Shown here in pieces: positions 1 to 12,000 of a DNA stretch of 64,000 bases. The position numbers and the translations under genes were made by a program. The notes under the pieces are model-generated. The model saw nothing but the letters and a program-made list of their open reading frames with translations, did no database searches and was not told where the DNA came from. The DNA comes from the human T2T-CHM13v2.0 reference genome, Homo sapiens. Position 1 is the stretch's first letter. Each line of letters opens with the position of its first letter. The stretch lies in the NCBI RefSeq assembly GCF_009914755.1, contig NC_060938.1, one strand, 5' to 3'.

Positions 1-48
1 AATAGAAAGGGATATGGCTAAAGAACAGAGGTCGCTGCATTTAGAAAG

Positions 49-58
49 GAGGCGGGGT
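49..58 (+). promoter_or_regulatory. GC-box-like motif (Sp/KLF consensus) present once in nearly every monomer; first instance given
   Basis: GAGGCGGGGT fits the Sp1 decamer consensus (G/T)(G/A)GGCG(G/T)(G/A)(G/A)(C/T). This is a motif match only; there is no evidence of binding. Confidence 0.3.
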
Positions 59-3000
59 CAGAGGAATAGAAAGGGAAAGGACTGAAGAACACAGGTCGCT
101 GCATTTAGAAAGGAGGCGGGGTCAGAGGAATAGAAAGGGATAGGGCTGAAGAACACAGGTCGCTGCATTTAGAAAGGAGGCGGGGTCAGAGGAATAGAAA
201 GGGACAGGGCTGAAGAACAGAGGTCGCTGCATTTAGAAAGGAGGCGGGGTCAGAGGAATAGAAAGGGATAGGCCTGAAGAACACAGGTCGCTGCATTTAG
301 AAAGGAGGCGGGGTCAGAGGAATAGAAAGGGACAGGGCTGAAGATCACAGGTCGCTGCATTTAGAAAGGAGGCGGGGTCAGAGGAATAGAAAGGGATAGG
401 GCTGAAGAACAGAGGTCGCTGCATTTAGAAAGGAGGCGGGGCCAGAGGAATAGAAAGGGATAGGGCTGAAGAACACAGGTCGCTGCATTTAGAAAGGAGG
501 CGGGGTCAGAGGAATAGAAAGGGATAGGGCTGAAGAACACAGGTCGCTGCATTTAGAAAGGAGGCGGGGTCAGAGGAATAGAAAGGGACAGGCCTGAAGA
601 ACACAGGTCGCTGCATTTAGAAAGGAGGCGTGGTCAGAGGAATAAAAAGGGACAGGCCTGAAGAACAGAGGTCGCTGCATTTAGAAAGGAGGCGGGGTCA
701 GAGGAATAGAAAGGGACAGGGCTGAAGAACACAGGTCGCTGCATTTAGAAAGGAGGCGGGGTCAGAGGAATAGAAAGGGATAGGACTGAAGAACACAGGT
801 CGCTGCATTTAGAAAGGAGGCGGGGTCAGAGGAATAGAAAGGGATAGGACTGAAGAACACAGGTCGCTGCATTTAGAAAGGAGGCGGGGTCAGAGGAATA
901 GAAAGGGATAGGGCTGAAGAACGCAGGTCGCTGCATTTAGAAAGGAGGCGGGGTCAGAGGAATAGAAAGGGACAGGACTGCAGAACACAGGTCGCTGCAT
1001 TTAGAAAGGAGGCGGGGTCAGAGGAATAGAAAGGGATAGGGCTGAAGAACACAGGTCGCTGCATTTAGAAAGGAGGCGGGGTCAGAGGAATAGAAAGGGA
1101 CAGGACTGCAGAACACAGGTCGCTGCATTTAGAAAGGAGGCGGTGTCAGAGGAATAGAAAGGGATAGGGCTGAAGAACACAGGTCGCTGCATTTAGAAAG
1201 GAGGCGGGGTCAGAGGAATAGAAAGGGATAGGGCTGAAGAACACAGGTCGCTGCATTTAGAAAGGAGGCGGGGTCAGAGGAATAGAAAGGGATAGGGCTG
1301 AAGAACACAGGTCGCTGCATTTAGAAAGGAGGCGGGGTCAGAGGAATAGAAAGGGATAGGGCTGAAGAACACAGGTCGCTGCATTTAGAAAGGAGGCGGG
1401 GTCAGAGGAATAGAAAGGGATAGGTCTGAAGAACACAGGTCGCTGCATTTACAAAGGAGGCGGGGTCAGAGAAATAGAAAGGGATAGGCCTGAAGAACAG
1501 AGGTCGCTGCATTTAGAAAGGAGGCGGGGTCAGAGGAATAGAAAGGGATAGGGCTGAAGAACACAGGTCGCTGCATTTGGAAAGGAGGCGGGGTCAGAGG
1601 AATAGAAAGGGATAGGGCTGAAGAACACAGGTCGCTGCATTTAGAAAGGAGGCGGGGTCAGAGGAATAGAAAGGGATAGGCCTGAAGAACAGAGGTCGCT
1701 GCATTTAGAAAGGAGGCGGGGTCAGAGGAATAGAAAGGGATATGGCTGAAGAACAGAGGTCGCTGCATTTATAAAGGAGGCGGGGTCAGAGGAATAGAAA
1801 GGGACAGGACTGAAGAACACAGGTCGCTGCATTTAGAAAGGAGGCGGGGTCAGAGGAATAGAAAGGGATAGGACTGAAGAACAGAGGTCGCTGCGTTTAG
1901 AAAGGAGGCGGGGTCAGAGGAATAGAAAGGGATAGGGCTGAAGAACAGAGGTCGCTGCATTTAGAAAGGAGGCGGGGTCAGAGGAATAGAAAGGGATAGG
2001 GCTGAAGAACAGAGGTCGCTGCATTTAGAAGGAGGCGGGGTCAGAGGAATAGAAAGGGACAGGGCTGAAGAACACAGGTCGCTGCATTTAGAAAGGAGGC
2101 GGGGTCAGAGGAATAGAAAGGGACTGGGCTGAAGAACACAGGTCGCTGCATTTAGAAAGGAGGCGGGGTCAGAGGAATAGAAAGGGATAGGCCAGAAGAA
2201 CACAGGTCGCTGCATTTAGAAAGGAGGCGGGGTCAGAGGAATAGAAAGGGATAGGGCTGAAGAACACAGGTCGCTGCATTTGGAAAGGAGGCGGGGTCAG
2301 AGGAATAGAAAGGGATAGGGCTGAAGAACACAGGTCGCTGCATTTAGAAAGGAGGCGGGGTCAGAGGAATAGAAAGGGACAGCGCTGAAGAACAGAGGTC
2401 GCTGCATTTAGAAAGGAGGCGGGGTCAGAGGAATAGAAAGGGATAGGGCTGAAGAACAGAGGTCGCTGCATTTAGAAAGGAGGCGGGGTCAGAGGAATAG
2501 AAAGGGATAGGGCTGAAGAACACAGGTCGCTGCATTTAGAAAGGAGGCGGGGTCAGAGGAATAGAAAGGAACAGGGCTGAAGAACAGAGGTCGCTGCATT
2601 TAGAAAGGAGGCGGGGTCAGAGGAATAGAAAGGGACAGGGCTGAAGAACAGAGGTCGCTGCATTTAGAAAGGAGGCGGGGTCAGAAGAATAGAAAGGGAT
2701 AGGGCTGAAGAACACAGGTCGCTGCATTTAGAAAGGAGGCGGGGTCAGAGGAATAGAAAGGGATAGGGCTGAAGAACACTGGTCGCTGCATTTAGAAAGG
2801 AGGCGGGGTCAGAGGAATAGAAAGGGATAGGCCTGAAGAACAGAGGTCGCTGCATTTAGAAAGGAGGCGGGGTCACAGGAATAGAAAGGGATATGGCTAA
2901 AGAACAGAGGTCGCTGCATTTAGAAAGGAGGCGGGGTCAGAGGAATAGAAAGGGACAGGACTGAAGAACACAGGTCGCTGCATTTAGAAAGGAGGCGGGG

Positions 3001-6000
3001 TCAGAGGAATAGAAAGGGATAGGGCTGAAGAACACAGGTCGCTGCATTTAGAAAGGAGGCGGGGTCAGAGGAATAGAAAGGGATGGGGCTGAAGAACAGA
3101 GGTCGCTGCATTTAGAAAGGAGGCGGGGTCAGAGGAATAGAAAGGGATGGGGCTGAAGAACACAGGTCGCTGCATTTAGAAAGGAGGCGGGGTCAGAGGA
3201 ATAGAAAGGGATAGGGCTGAAGAACAGAGGTCGCTGCATTTAGAAAGGAGGCGGGGTCAGAGGAATAGAAAGGGATAGGGCTGAAGAACACAGGTCGCTG
3301 CATTTAGAAAGGAGGCGGGGTCAGAGGAATAGAAAGGGATAGGGCTGAAGAACACAGGTCGCTGCATTTAGAAAGGAGGCGGGGTCAGAGGAATAGAAAG
3401 GGATAGGCCTGAAGAACACAGGTCGCTGCATTTAGAAAGGAGGCGGGGTCAGAGGAATAGAAAGGGACAGGCCTGAAGAACAGAGGTCGCTGCATTTAGA
3501 AAGGAGGCGGGGTCAGAGGAATAGAAAGGGACAGGGCTGAAGAACAGAGGTCGCTGCATTTAGAAAGGAGGCGGGGTCAGAGGAATAGAAAGGGACAGGG
3601 CTGAAGAACACAGGTCGCTGCATTTAGAAAGGAGGCGGGGTCAGAGGAATAGAAAGGGATAGGCCTGAAGAACACAGGTCGCTTCATTTAGAAAGGAGGC
3701 GGGGTCAGAAGAATAGAAAGGGATAGGGCTGAAGAACACAGGTCGCTGCATTTAGAAAGGAGGCGGGGTCAGAGGAATAGAAAGGGACAGGGCTGAAGAA
3801 CACAGGTCGCTGCATTTAGAAAGGAGTTGGGGTCAGAGGAATAGAAAGGGATAGGGCTGAAGAACAGAGGTCGCTTCATTTAGAAAGGAGGCGGGGTCAG
3901 AGGAATAGAAAGGGATAGGGCTGAAGAACAGAGGTCGCTGCATTGAGAAAGGAGGCGGTGTCAGAGGAATAGAAAGGGATAGGCCTGAAGAACACAGGTC
4001 GCTGCATTTAGAAAGGAGGCGGGGTCAGAGGAATAGAAAGGGATAGGGCTGAAGAACACAGGTCGCTGCATTTAGAAAGGAGGCGGGGTCAGAGGAATAG
4101 AAAGGGATAGGGCTGAAGAACAGAGGTCGCTGCATTTAGAAAGGAGGCGGGGTCAGAGGAATAGAAAGGAATAGGCCTGAAGAACAGAGGTCGCTGCATT
4201 TAGAAAGGAGGCGGTGTCAGAGGAATAGAAAGGGATAGGCCTGAAGAACAGAGGTCGCTGCATTTAGATAGGAGTCGGGGTCAGAGGAATAGAAAGGGAT
4301 AGGGCTGAAGAACAGAGGTCGCTGCATTTAGAAAGGAGGCGGGGTCAGAGGAATAGAAAGGGATAGGGCTGAAGAACACAGGTCGCTGCATTTCGAAAGG
4401 AGGCGGGGTCAGAGGAATAGAAAGGGATAGGGCTGAAGAACAGAGGTCGCTGCATTTAGAAAGGAGGCGGGGTCAGAGGAATAGAAAGGGACAGGGCTGA
4501 AGAACAGAGGTCGCTGCATTTAGAAAGGAGGCGGGGTCAGAGGAATAGAAAGGGACAGGCCTGAAGAACACAGGTCGCTGCATTTAGAAAGGAGGCGGGG
4601 TTAGAGGAATAGAAAGGGATAGGCCTGAAGAACAGAGGTCGCTGCATTTAGAAAGGAGGCGGGGTCAGAGGAATAGAAAGGGACAGGGCTGAAGAACACA
4701 GGTCGCTGCATTTAGAAAGGAGGCGGGGTCAGAGGAATAGAAAGGGATAGGGCTGAAGAACACAGGTCGCTGCATTTACAAAGGAGGCGGGGTCAGAGGA
4801 ATAGAAAGGGATAGGGCTGAAGAACACAGGTCGCTGCATTTAGAAAGGAGGCGGGGTCAGAGGAATAGAAAGGGACAGGGCTGAAGAACACAGGTCGCTG
4901 CATTTAGAAAGGAGGCGGGGTCAGAGGAATAGAAAGGGATAGAGCTGAAGAACAGAGGTCGCTGCATTTAGAAAGGAGGCGGGGTCAGAGGAATAGAAAG
5001 GGATAGGCCTGAAGAACAGAGGTCGCTGCATTTAGAAAGGAGGCGGGGTCAGAGGAATAGAAAGGGATAGGCCTGAAGAACAGAGGTCGCTGCATTTAGA
5101 AAGGAGGCGGGGTCAGAGGAATAGAAAGGGATAAGGCTGAAGAACAGAGGTCGCTGCATTTAGAAAGGAGGCGGGGTCAGAGGAATAGAAAGGGACAGGG
5201 CTGAAGAACAGAGGTCGCTGCATTTAGAAAGGAGGCGGGGTCAGAGGAATAGAAAGGGACAGGCCTGAAGAACACAGGTCGCTGCATTTAGAAAGGAGGC
5301 GGGTTTAGAGGAATAGAAAGGGATAGGCCTGAAGAACAGAGGTCGCTGCATTTAGAAAGGAGGCGGGGTCAGAGGAATAGAAAGGGATGGGGCTGAAGAA
5401 CACAGGTCGCTGCATTTATAAAGGAGGCGGGGTCAGAGGAATAGAAAGGGATAGGGCTGAAGAACAGAGGTCGCTGCATTTAGAAAGGAGGCGGAGTCAG
5501 AGGAATAGAAAGGGATAGGGCTGAAGAACAGAGGTCGCTGCATTTAGAAAGGAGGCGGGGTCAGAGGAATTGAAAGGGATAGGGCTGAAGAACACAGGTC
5601 GCTGCATTTAGAAAGGAGGCGGGGTCAGAGGAATAGAAACGGACAGGCCTGAAGAACAGAGGTCGCTGCATTTAGAAAGGAGGCGGGGTCAGAGGAATAG
5701 AAAGGGACAGGGCTGAAGAACACAGGTCGCTGCATTTAGAAAGGAGGCGTGGTCAGAGGAATAGAAAGTGTTAGTACTGAAGAACAGAGGTCGCTGCATT
5801 TAGAAAGGAGGCGGGGTCAGAGGAATAGAAAGGGATAGGGCTGAAGAACACAGGTCGCTGCATTTAGAAAGGAGGCGGGGTCAGAGGAATAGAAAGGGAC
5901 AGGGCTGAAGAACACAGGTCGCTGCATTTAGAAAGGAGGCGGGGTCAGAGGAATAGAAAGGGACAGGGCTGAAGAACAGAGGTCGCTGCATTTAGAAAGG

Positions 6001-9000
6001 AGGCGGGGTCAGAGGAATAGAAAGGGACAGGGTTGAAGAACAGAGGTCGCTGCATTTAGAAAGGAGGTGGGGTCAGAGGAATAGAAAGGGATAGGGCTGA
6101 AGAACACAGGTCGCTGCATTTAGAAAGGAGGCGGGGTCAGAGGAATAGAAAGGGACAGGGCTGAAGAACACAGGTCGCTGCATTTAGAAAGGAGGCGGAG
6201 TCAGAGGAATAGAAAGGGACAGGGCTGAAGAACAGAGGTCGCTGCATTTAGAAAGGAGGCGGAGTCAGAGGAATAGAAAGGGATAGGGCTGAAGAACACA
6301 GGTCGCTGCATTTAGAAAGGAGGCGGGGTCAGAGGAATAGAAAGGGACAGGGTTGAAGAACACAGGTCGCTGCATTTAGAAAGGAGGCGGGGTCAGAGGA
6401 ATAGAAAGGGATAGGGCTGAAGAACACAGGTCGCTGCATTTAGAAAGGAGGCGGGGTCAGAGGAATAGAAAGGGATAGGGCTGAAGAACAGAGGTCGCTG
6501 CATTTTGAAAGGAGGCGGGGTCAGAGGAATAGAAAGGGATAGGCCTGAAGAACAGAGGTCGCTGCATTTAGAAAGGAGGCGGGGTCAGAGGAATAGAAAG
6601 GGATAGGCCTGAAGAACAGAGGTCGCTGCATTTAGAAAGGAGGCGGGGTCAGAGGAATAGAAAGGGATAGGGCTGAAGAACACAGGTCGCTGCATTTAGA
6701 AAGGAGGCGGGGTCAGAGGAATAGAAAGGGATAGGGCTGAAGAACAGAGGTCGCTGCATTTAGAAAGGAGGCGGGGTCAGAGGAATAGAAAGGGATAGGG
6801 CTGAAGAACACAGGTCGCTGCATTTAGAAAGGAGGCGGGGTCAGAGGAATAGAAAGGGATAGGGCTGAAGAACACAGGTCGCTGCATTTAGAAAGGAGGC
6901 GGGGTCAGAGGAATAGAAAGGGATAGGGCTGAAGAACACAGGTCGCTGCATTTAGAAAGGAGGCGGGGTCAGAGGAATAGAAAGGGATAGGGCTGAAGAA
7001 CACAGGTCGCTGCATTTAGAAAGGAGGCGGGGTTAGAGGAATAGAAAGGGATAGGGCTGAAGAACACAGGTCGCTGCATTTAGAAAGGAGGCGGGGTCAG
7101 AGGAATAGAAAGGGATAGGGCTGAAGAGCACAGGTCGCTGCATTTAGAAAGGAGGCGGGGTCAGAGGAATAGAAAGGGATAGGGCTGAAGAACACAGGTC
7201 GCTGCATTTAGAAAGGAGGCGGGGTCAGAGGAATAGAAAGGGACAGGGCTGAAGAACAGAGGTCGCTGCATTTAGAAAGGAGGCGGGGTCAGAGGAATAG
7301 AAAGGGATGGGACTTAAGAACAGAGGTCGCTGCATTTAGAAAGGAGGCGGGGTCAGAGGAATAGAAAGGGATAGGCCTGAAGAACAGAGGTCGCTGCATT
7401 TAGAAAGGAGGCGGGGTCAGAGGAATAGAAAGGGATAGGGCTGAAGAACACAGGTCGCTGCATTTAGAAAGGAGGCGGGGTCAGAGGAATAGAAAGGGAT
7501 AGGCCTGAAGAACAGAGGTCGCTGCATTTAGAAAGGAGTCGGGGTCAGAGGAATAGAAAGGGATAGGGCTGAAGAACACAGGTCGCTGCATTTAGAAAGG
7601 AGGCGGGGTCAGAGGAATAGAAAGGGATAGGCCTGAAGAACAGAGGTCGCTGCATTTAGAAAGGAGGCGGGGTCAGAGGAATAGAAAGGGATAGGCCTGA
7701 AGAACAGAGGTCGCTGCATTTAGAAAGGAGGCGGGGTCAGAGGAATAGAAAGGGATAGGGCTGAAGAACAGAGGTCGCTGCATTTAGAAAGGAGGCGGGG
7801 TCAGAGGAATAGAAAGGGATAGGCCTGAAGAACACAGGTCGCTGCATTTAGAAAGGAGGCGGGGTCAGAGGAATAGAAAGGGACAGGGCTGAAGAACAGA
7901 GGTCGCTGCATTTAGAAAGGAGGCGGGGTCAGAGGAATAGAAAGGGATAGGCCTGAAGAACACAGGTCGCTGCATTTAGAAAGGAGGCGGGGTCAGAGGA
8001 ATAGAAAGGGACAGGGCTGAAGAACACAGGTCGCTGCATTTAGAAAGGAGGCGGGGTCAGAGGAATAGAAAGGGATAGGCCTGAAGAACACAGGTCGCTG
8101 CATTTAGAAAGGAGGCGGAGTCAGAGGAATAGAAAGGGACAGGGCTGAAGAACACAGGTCGCTGCATTTAGAAATGAGGCGGGGTCAGAGGAATAGAAAG
8201 GGACAGGGCTGAAGAACACAGGTCGCTGCATTTAGAAAGGAGGCGGGGTCAGAGGAATAGAAAGGGACAGGGCTGAAGAACACAGGTCGCTGCATTTAGA
8301 AAGGAGGCTGAGTCAGAGGAATAGAAAGGGACAGGGCTGAAGAACACAGGTCGCTGCATTTAGAAATGAGGCGGGGTCAGAGGAATAGAAAGGGACAGGG
8401 CTGAAGAACACAGGTCGCAGCATTTAGAAAGGAGGCGGGGTCAGAGGAATAGAAAGGGACAGGGCTGAAGAACACAGGTCGCTGCATTTAGAAAGGAGGC
8501 GGGGTCAGAGGAATAGAAAGGGATAGGCCTGAAGAACACAGGTCGCTGCATTTAGAAAGGAGGCGGGGTCAGAGGAATAGAAAGGGACAGGGCTGAAGAA
8601 CACAGGTCGCTGCATTTAGAAAGGAGGCGGAGTCAGAGGAATAGAAAGGGACAGGGCTGAAGAACACAGGTCGCTGCATTTAGAAATGAGGCGGGGTCAG
8701 AGGAATAGAAAGGGACAGGGCTGAAGAACACAGGTCGCAGCATTTAGAAAGGAGGCGGGGTCAGAGGAATAGAAAGGGACAGGGCTGAAGAACACAGGTC
8801 GCTGCATTTAGAAAGGAGGCGGGGTCAGAGGAATAGAAAGGGACAGGGCTGAAGAACACAGGTCGCTGCATTTAGAAAGGAGGCGGAGTCAGAGGAATAG
8901 AAAGGGACAGGGCTGAAGAACACAGGTCGCTGCATTTAGAAATGAGGCGGGGTCAGAGGAATAGAAAGGGACAGGGCTGAAGAACACAGGTCGCTGCATT

Positions 9001-12000
9001 TAGAAAGGAGGCGGGGTCAGAGGAATAGAAAGGGATAGGGCTGAAGAACACAGGTCGCTGCATTTAGAAAGGAGGCGGGGTCAGAGGAATAGAAAGGGAC
9101 AGGGCTGAAGAACAGAGGTCGCTGCATTTAGAAAGGAGGCGGGGTCAGAGGAATAGAAGGGGACAGGGCTGAAGAACACAGGTCGCTGCATTTAGAAAGG
9201 AGGCGGTGTCAGAGGAATAGAAAGGGACAGGGTGAAGAACAGAGGTCGCTGCATTTAGAAAGGAGGCGGGGTCAGAGGAATAGAAAGGGATAGGGCTGAA
9301 GAACAGAGGTCGCTGCATTTAGAATGGAGGCGGGGTCAGAGGAATAGAAAGGGACAGGGCTGAAGAACACAGGTCGCTGCATTTAGAAAGGAGGCGGGGT
9401 CAGAGGAATAGAAAGGGATAGGGCTGAAGAACAGAGGTCGCTGCATTTAGAAAGGAGGCGGGGTCAGAGGAATAGAAAGGGATAGGGCTGAAGAACACAG
9501 GTCGCTGCATTTAGAAAGGAGGCGGGGTCAGAGGAATAGAAAGGGATAGGGCTGAAGAACAGAGGTCGCTGCATTTAGAAAGGAGGCGGGGTCAGAGGAA
9601 TAGAAAGGGATAGGCCTGAAGAACACAGGTCGCTGCATTTAGAAAGGAGGCGGGGTCAGAGGAATAGAAAGGGACAGGGCTGAAGAACACAGGTCGCTGC
9701 ATTTAGAAAGGAGGCGGGGTCAGAGGAATAGAAAGGGATGGGGCTGAAGAACAGAGGTCGCTGCATTTAGAAAGGAGGCGGGGTCAGAGGAATAGAAAGG
9801 GATAGGGCTGAAGAACAGAGGTCGCTGCATTTAGAAAGGAGGCGGGGTCAGAGGAATAGAAAGGGACAGGGCTGAAGAACACAGGTCGCTGCATTTAGAA
9901 AGGAGGCGGGGTCAGAGGAATAGAAAGGGATAGGCCTGAAGAACAGAGGTCGCAGCATTTAGAAAGGAGGCGGGGTCAGAGGAATAGAAAGGGATAGGCC
10001 TGAAGAACAGAGGTCGCTGCATTTAGAAAGGAGGCGGTGTCAGAGGAATAGAAAGGGATAGGGCTGAAGAACAGAGGTCGCTGCATTTAGAAAGGAGGCG
10101 GGGTCAGAGGAATAGAAAGGGATAGGGCTGAAGAACAGAGGTCGCTGCATTTAGAAAGGAGACGGGGTCAGAGGAATAGAAAGGGATAGGGCTGAAGAAC
10201 ACAGGTCGCTGCATTTAGAAAGGAGGCGGGGTCAGAGGAATAGAAAGGGACAGGGCTGAAGAACAGAGGTCGCTGCATTTAGAAAGGAGGCGGGGTCAGA
10301 GGAATAGAAAGGGATAGGGCTGAAGAACAGAGGTCGCTGCATTTAGAAAGGAGGCGGGGTCAGAGGAATAGAAAGGGATAGGGCTGAAGAACACAGGTCG
10401 CTGCATTTAGAAAGGAGGCGGGGTTAGAGGAATAGAAAGGGATAGGCCTGAAGAACACAGGTCGCTGCATTTAGAAAGGGGGCGGGGTCAGAGGAATAGA
10501 AAGGGACAGAGCTGAAGAACAGAGGTCGCTGCATTTAGAAAGGAGGCGGGGTCAGAGGAATAGAAAGGGATAGGCCTGAAGAACACAGGTCGCTGCATTT
10601 AGAAAGGAGGCGGGGTCAGAGGAATAGAAAGGGACAGGGCTGAAGAACACAGGTCGCTGCATTTAGAAAGGAGGCGGGGTCAGAGGAATAGAAAGGGTTA
10701 GGCCTGAAGAACACAGGTCGCTGCATTTAGAAAGGAGGCGGGGTCAGAGGCATAGAAAGGGATAGGCCTGAAGAACAGAGGTCGCTGCATTTAGAAAGGA
10801 GGCGGGGTCAGAGGAATAGAAAGGGATAGGGCTGAAGAACACAGGTCGCTGCATTTAGAAAGGAGGCGGGGTCAGAGGAATAGAAAGGGATAGGGCTGAA
10901 GAACACAGGTCGCTGCATTTAGAAAGGAGGCGGGGTCAGAGGAATAGAAAGGGACAGGCCTGAAGAACAGAGGTCGCTGCATTTAGAAAGGAGGCGGGGT
11001 CAGAGGAATAGAAAGGGACAGGGCTGAAGAACACAGGTCGCTGCATTTAGAAAGGAGGCGGGGTCAGAGGAATAGAAAGGGATAGGCCTGAAGAACACAG
11101 GTCGCTGCATTTAGAAAGGAGGCGGAGTCAGAGGAATAGAAAGGGACAGGGCTGAAGAACACAGGTCGCTGCATTTGGAAATGAGGCGGGGTCAGAGGAA
11201 TAGAAAGGGACAGGGCTGAAGAACACAGGTCGCTGCATTTAGAAAGCAGGCGGGGTCAGAGGAATAGAAAGGGACAGGGCTGAAGAACACAGGTCGCTGC
11301 ATTTAGAAAGGAGGCGGGGTCAGAGGAATAGAAAGGGATAGGGCTGAAGAACACAGGTCGCTGCATTTAGAAAGGAGGCGGGGTCAGAGGAATAGAAAGG
11401 GATAGGGCTGAAGAACACAGGTCGCTGCATTTAGAAAGGAGGCGGGGTCAGAGGAATAGAAAGGGACAGGGCTGAAGAACACAGGTCGCTGCATTTAGAA
11501 AGGAGGCGGGGTCAGAGGAATAGAAAAGGACAGGGCTGAAGAACACAGGTCGCTGCATTTAGAAAGGAGGCGGGGTCAGAGGAATAGAAAGGGACAGGGC
11601 TGAAGAACAGAGGTCGCTGCATTTAGAAAGGAGGCGGGGTCAGAGGAATAGAAAGGGACAGGGCTGAAGAACAGAGGTCGCTGCATTTAGAAAGGAGGCG
11701 GGGTCAGAGGAATAGAAAGGGATAGGGCTGAAGAACACAGGTCGCTGCATTTAGAAAGGAGGCGGGGTCAGAGGAATAGAAAGGGATAGGGCTGAAGAAC
11801 ACAGGTCGCTGCATTTAGAAAGGAGGCGGGGTCAGAGGAACAGAAAGGGACAGGGCTGAAGAACACAGGTCGCTGAATTTAGAAAGGAGGCGTGGTCAGA
11901 GGAAAAGAAAGGGACAGGGCTGAAGAACAGAGGTCGCTGCATTTAGAATGGAGGCGGGGTCAGAGGAATAGAAAGGGACAGGGCTGAAGAACACAGGTCG

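Noticed and set aside
22-36. Full steroid response element at AGAACAnnnGTCGCT
   Set aside because: Only one half-site matches; the second half does not resemble TGTTCT.
361-552. 63-aa minus-strand ORF (MQRPVFFSP...)
   Set aside because: It is three monomers read through successive frames (64 mod 3 = 1). It exists only because the TCA>CCA variant at 442 removes the minus-strand TGA. The peptide is low-complexity and there is no gene context.
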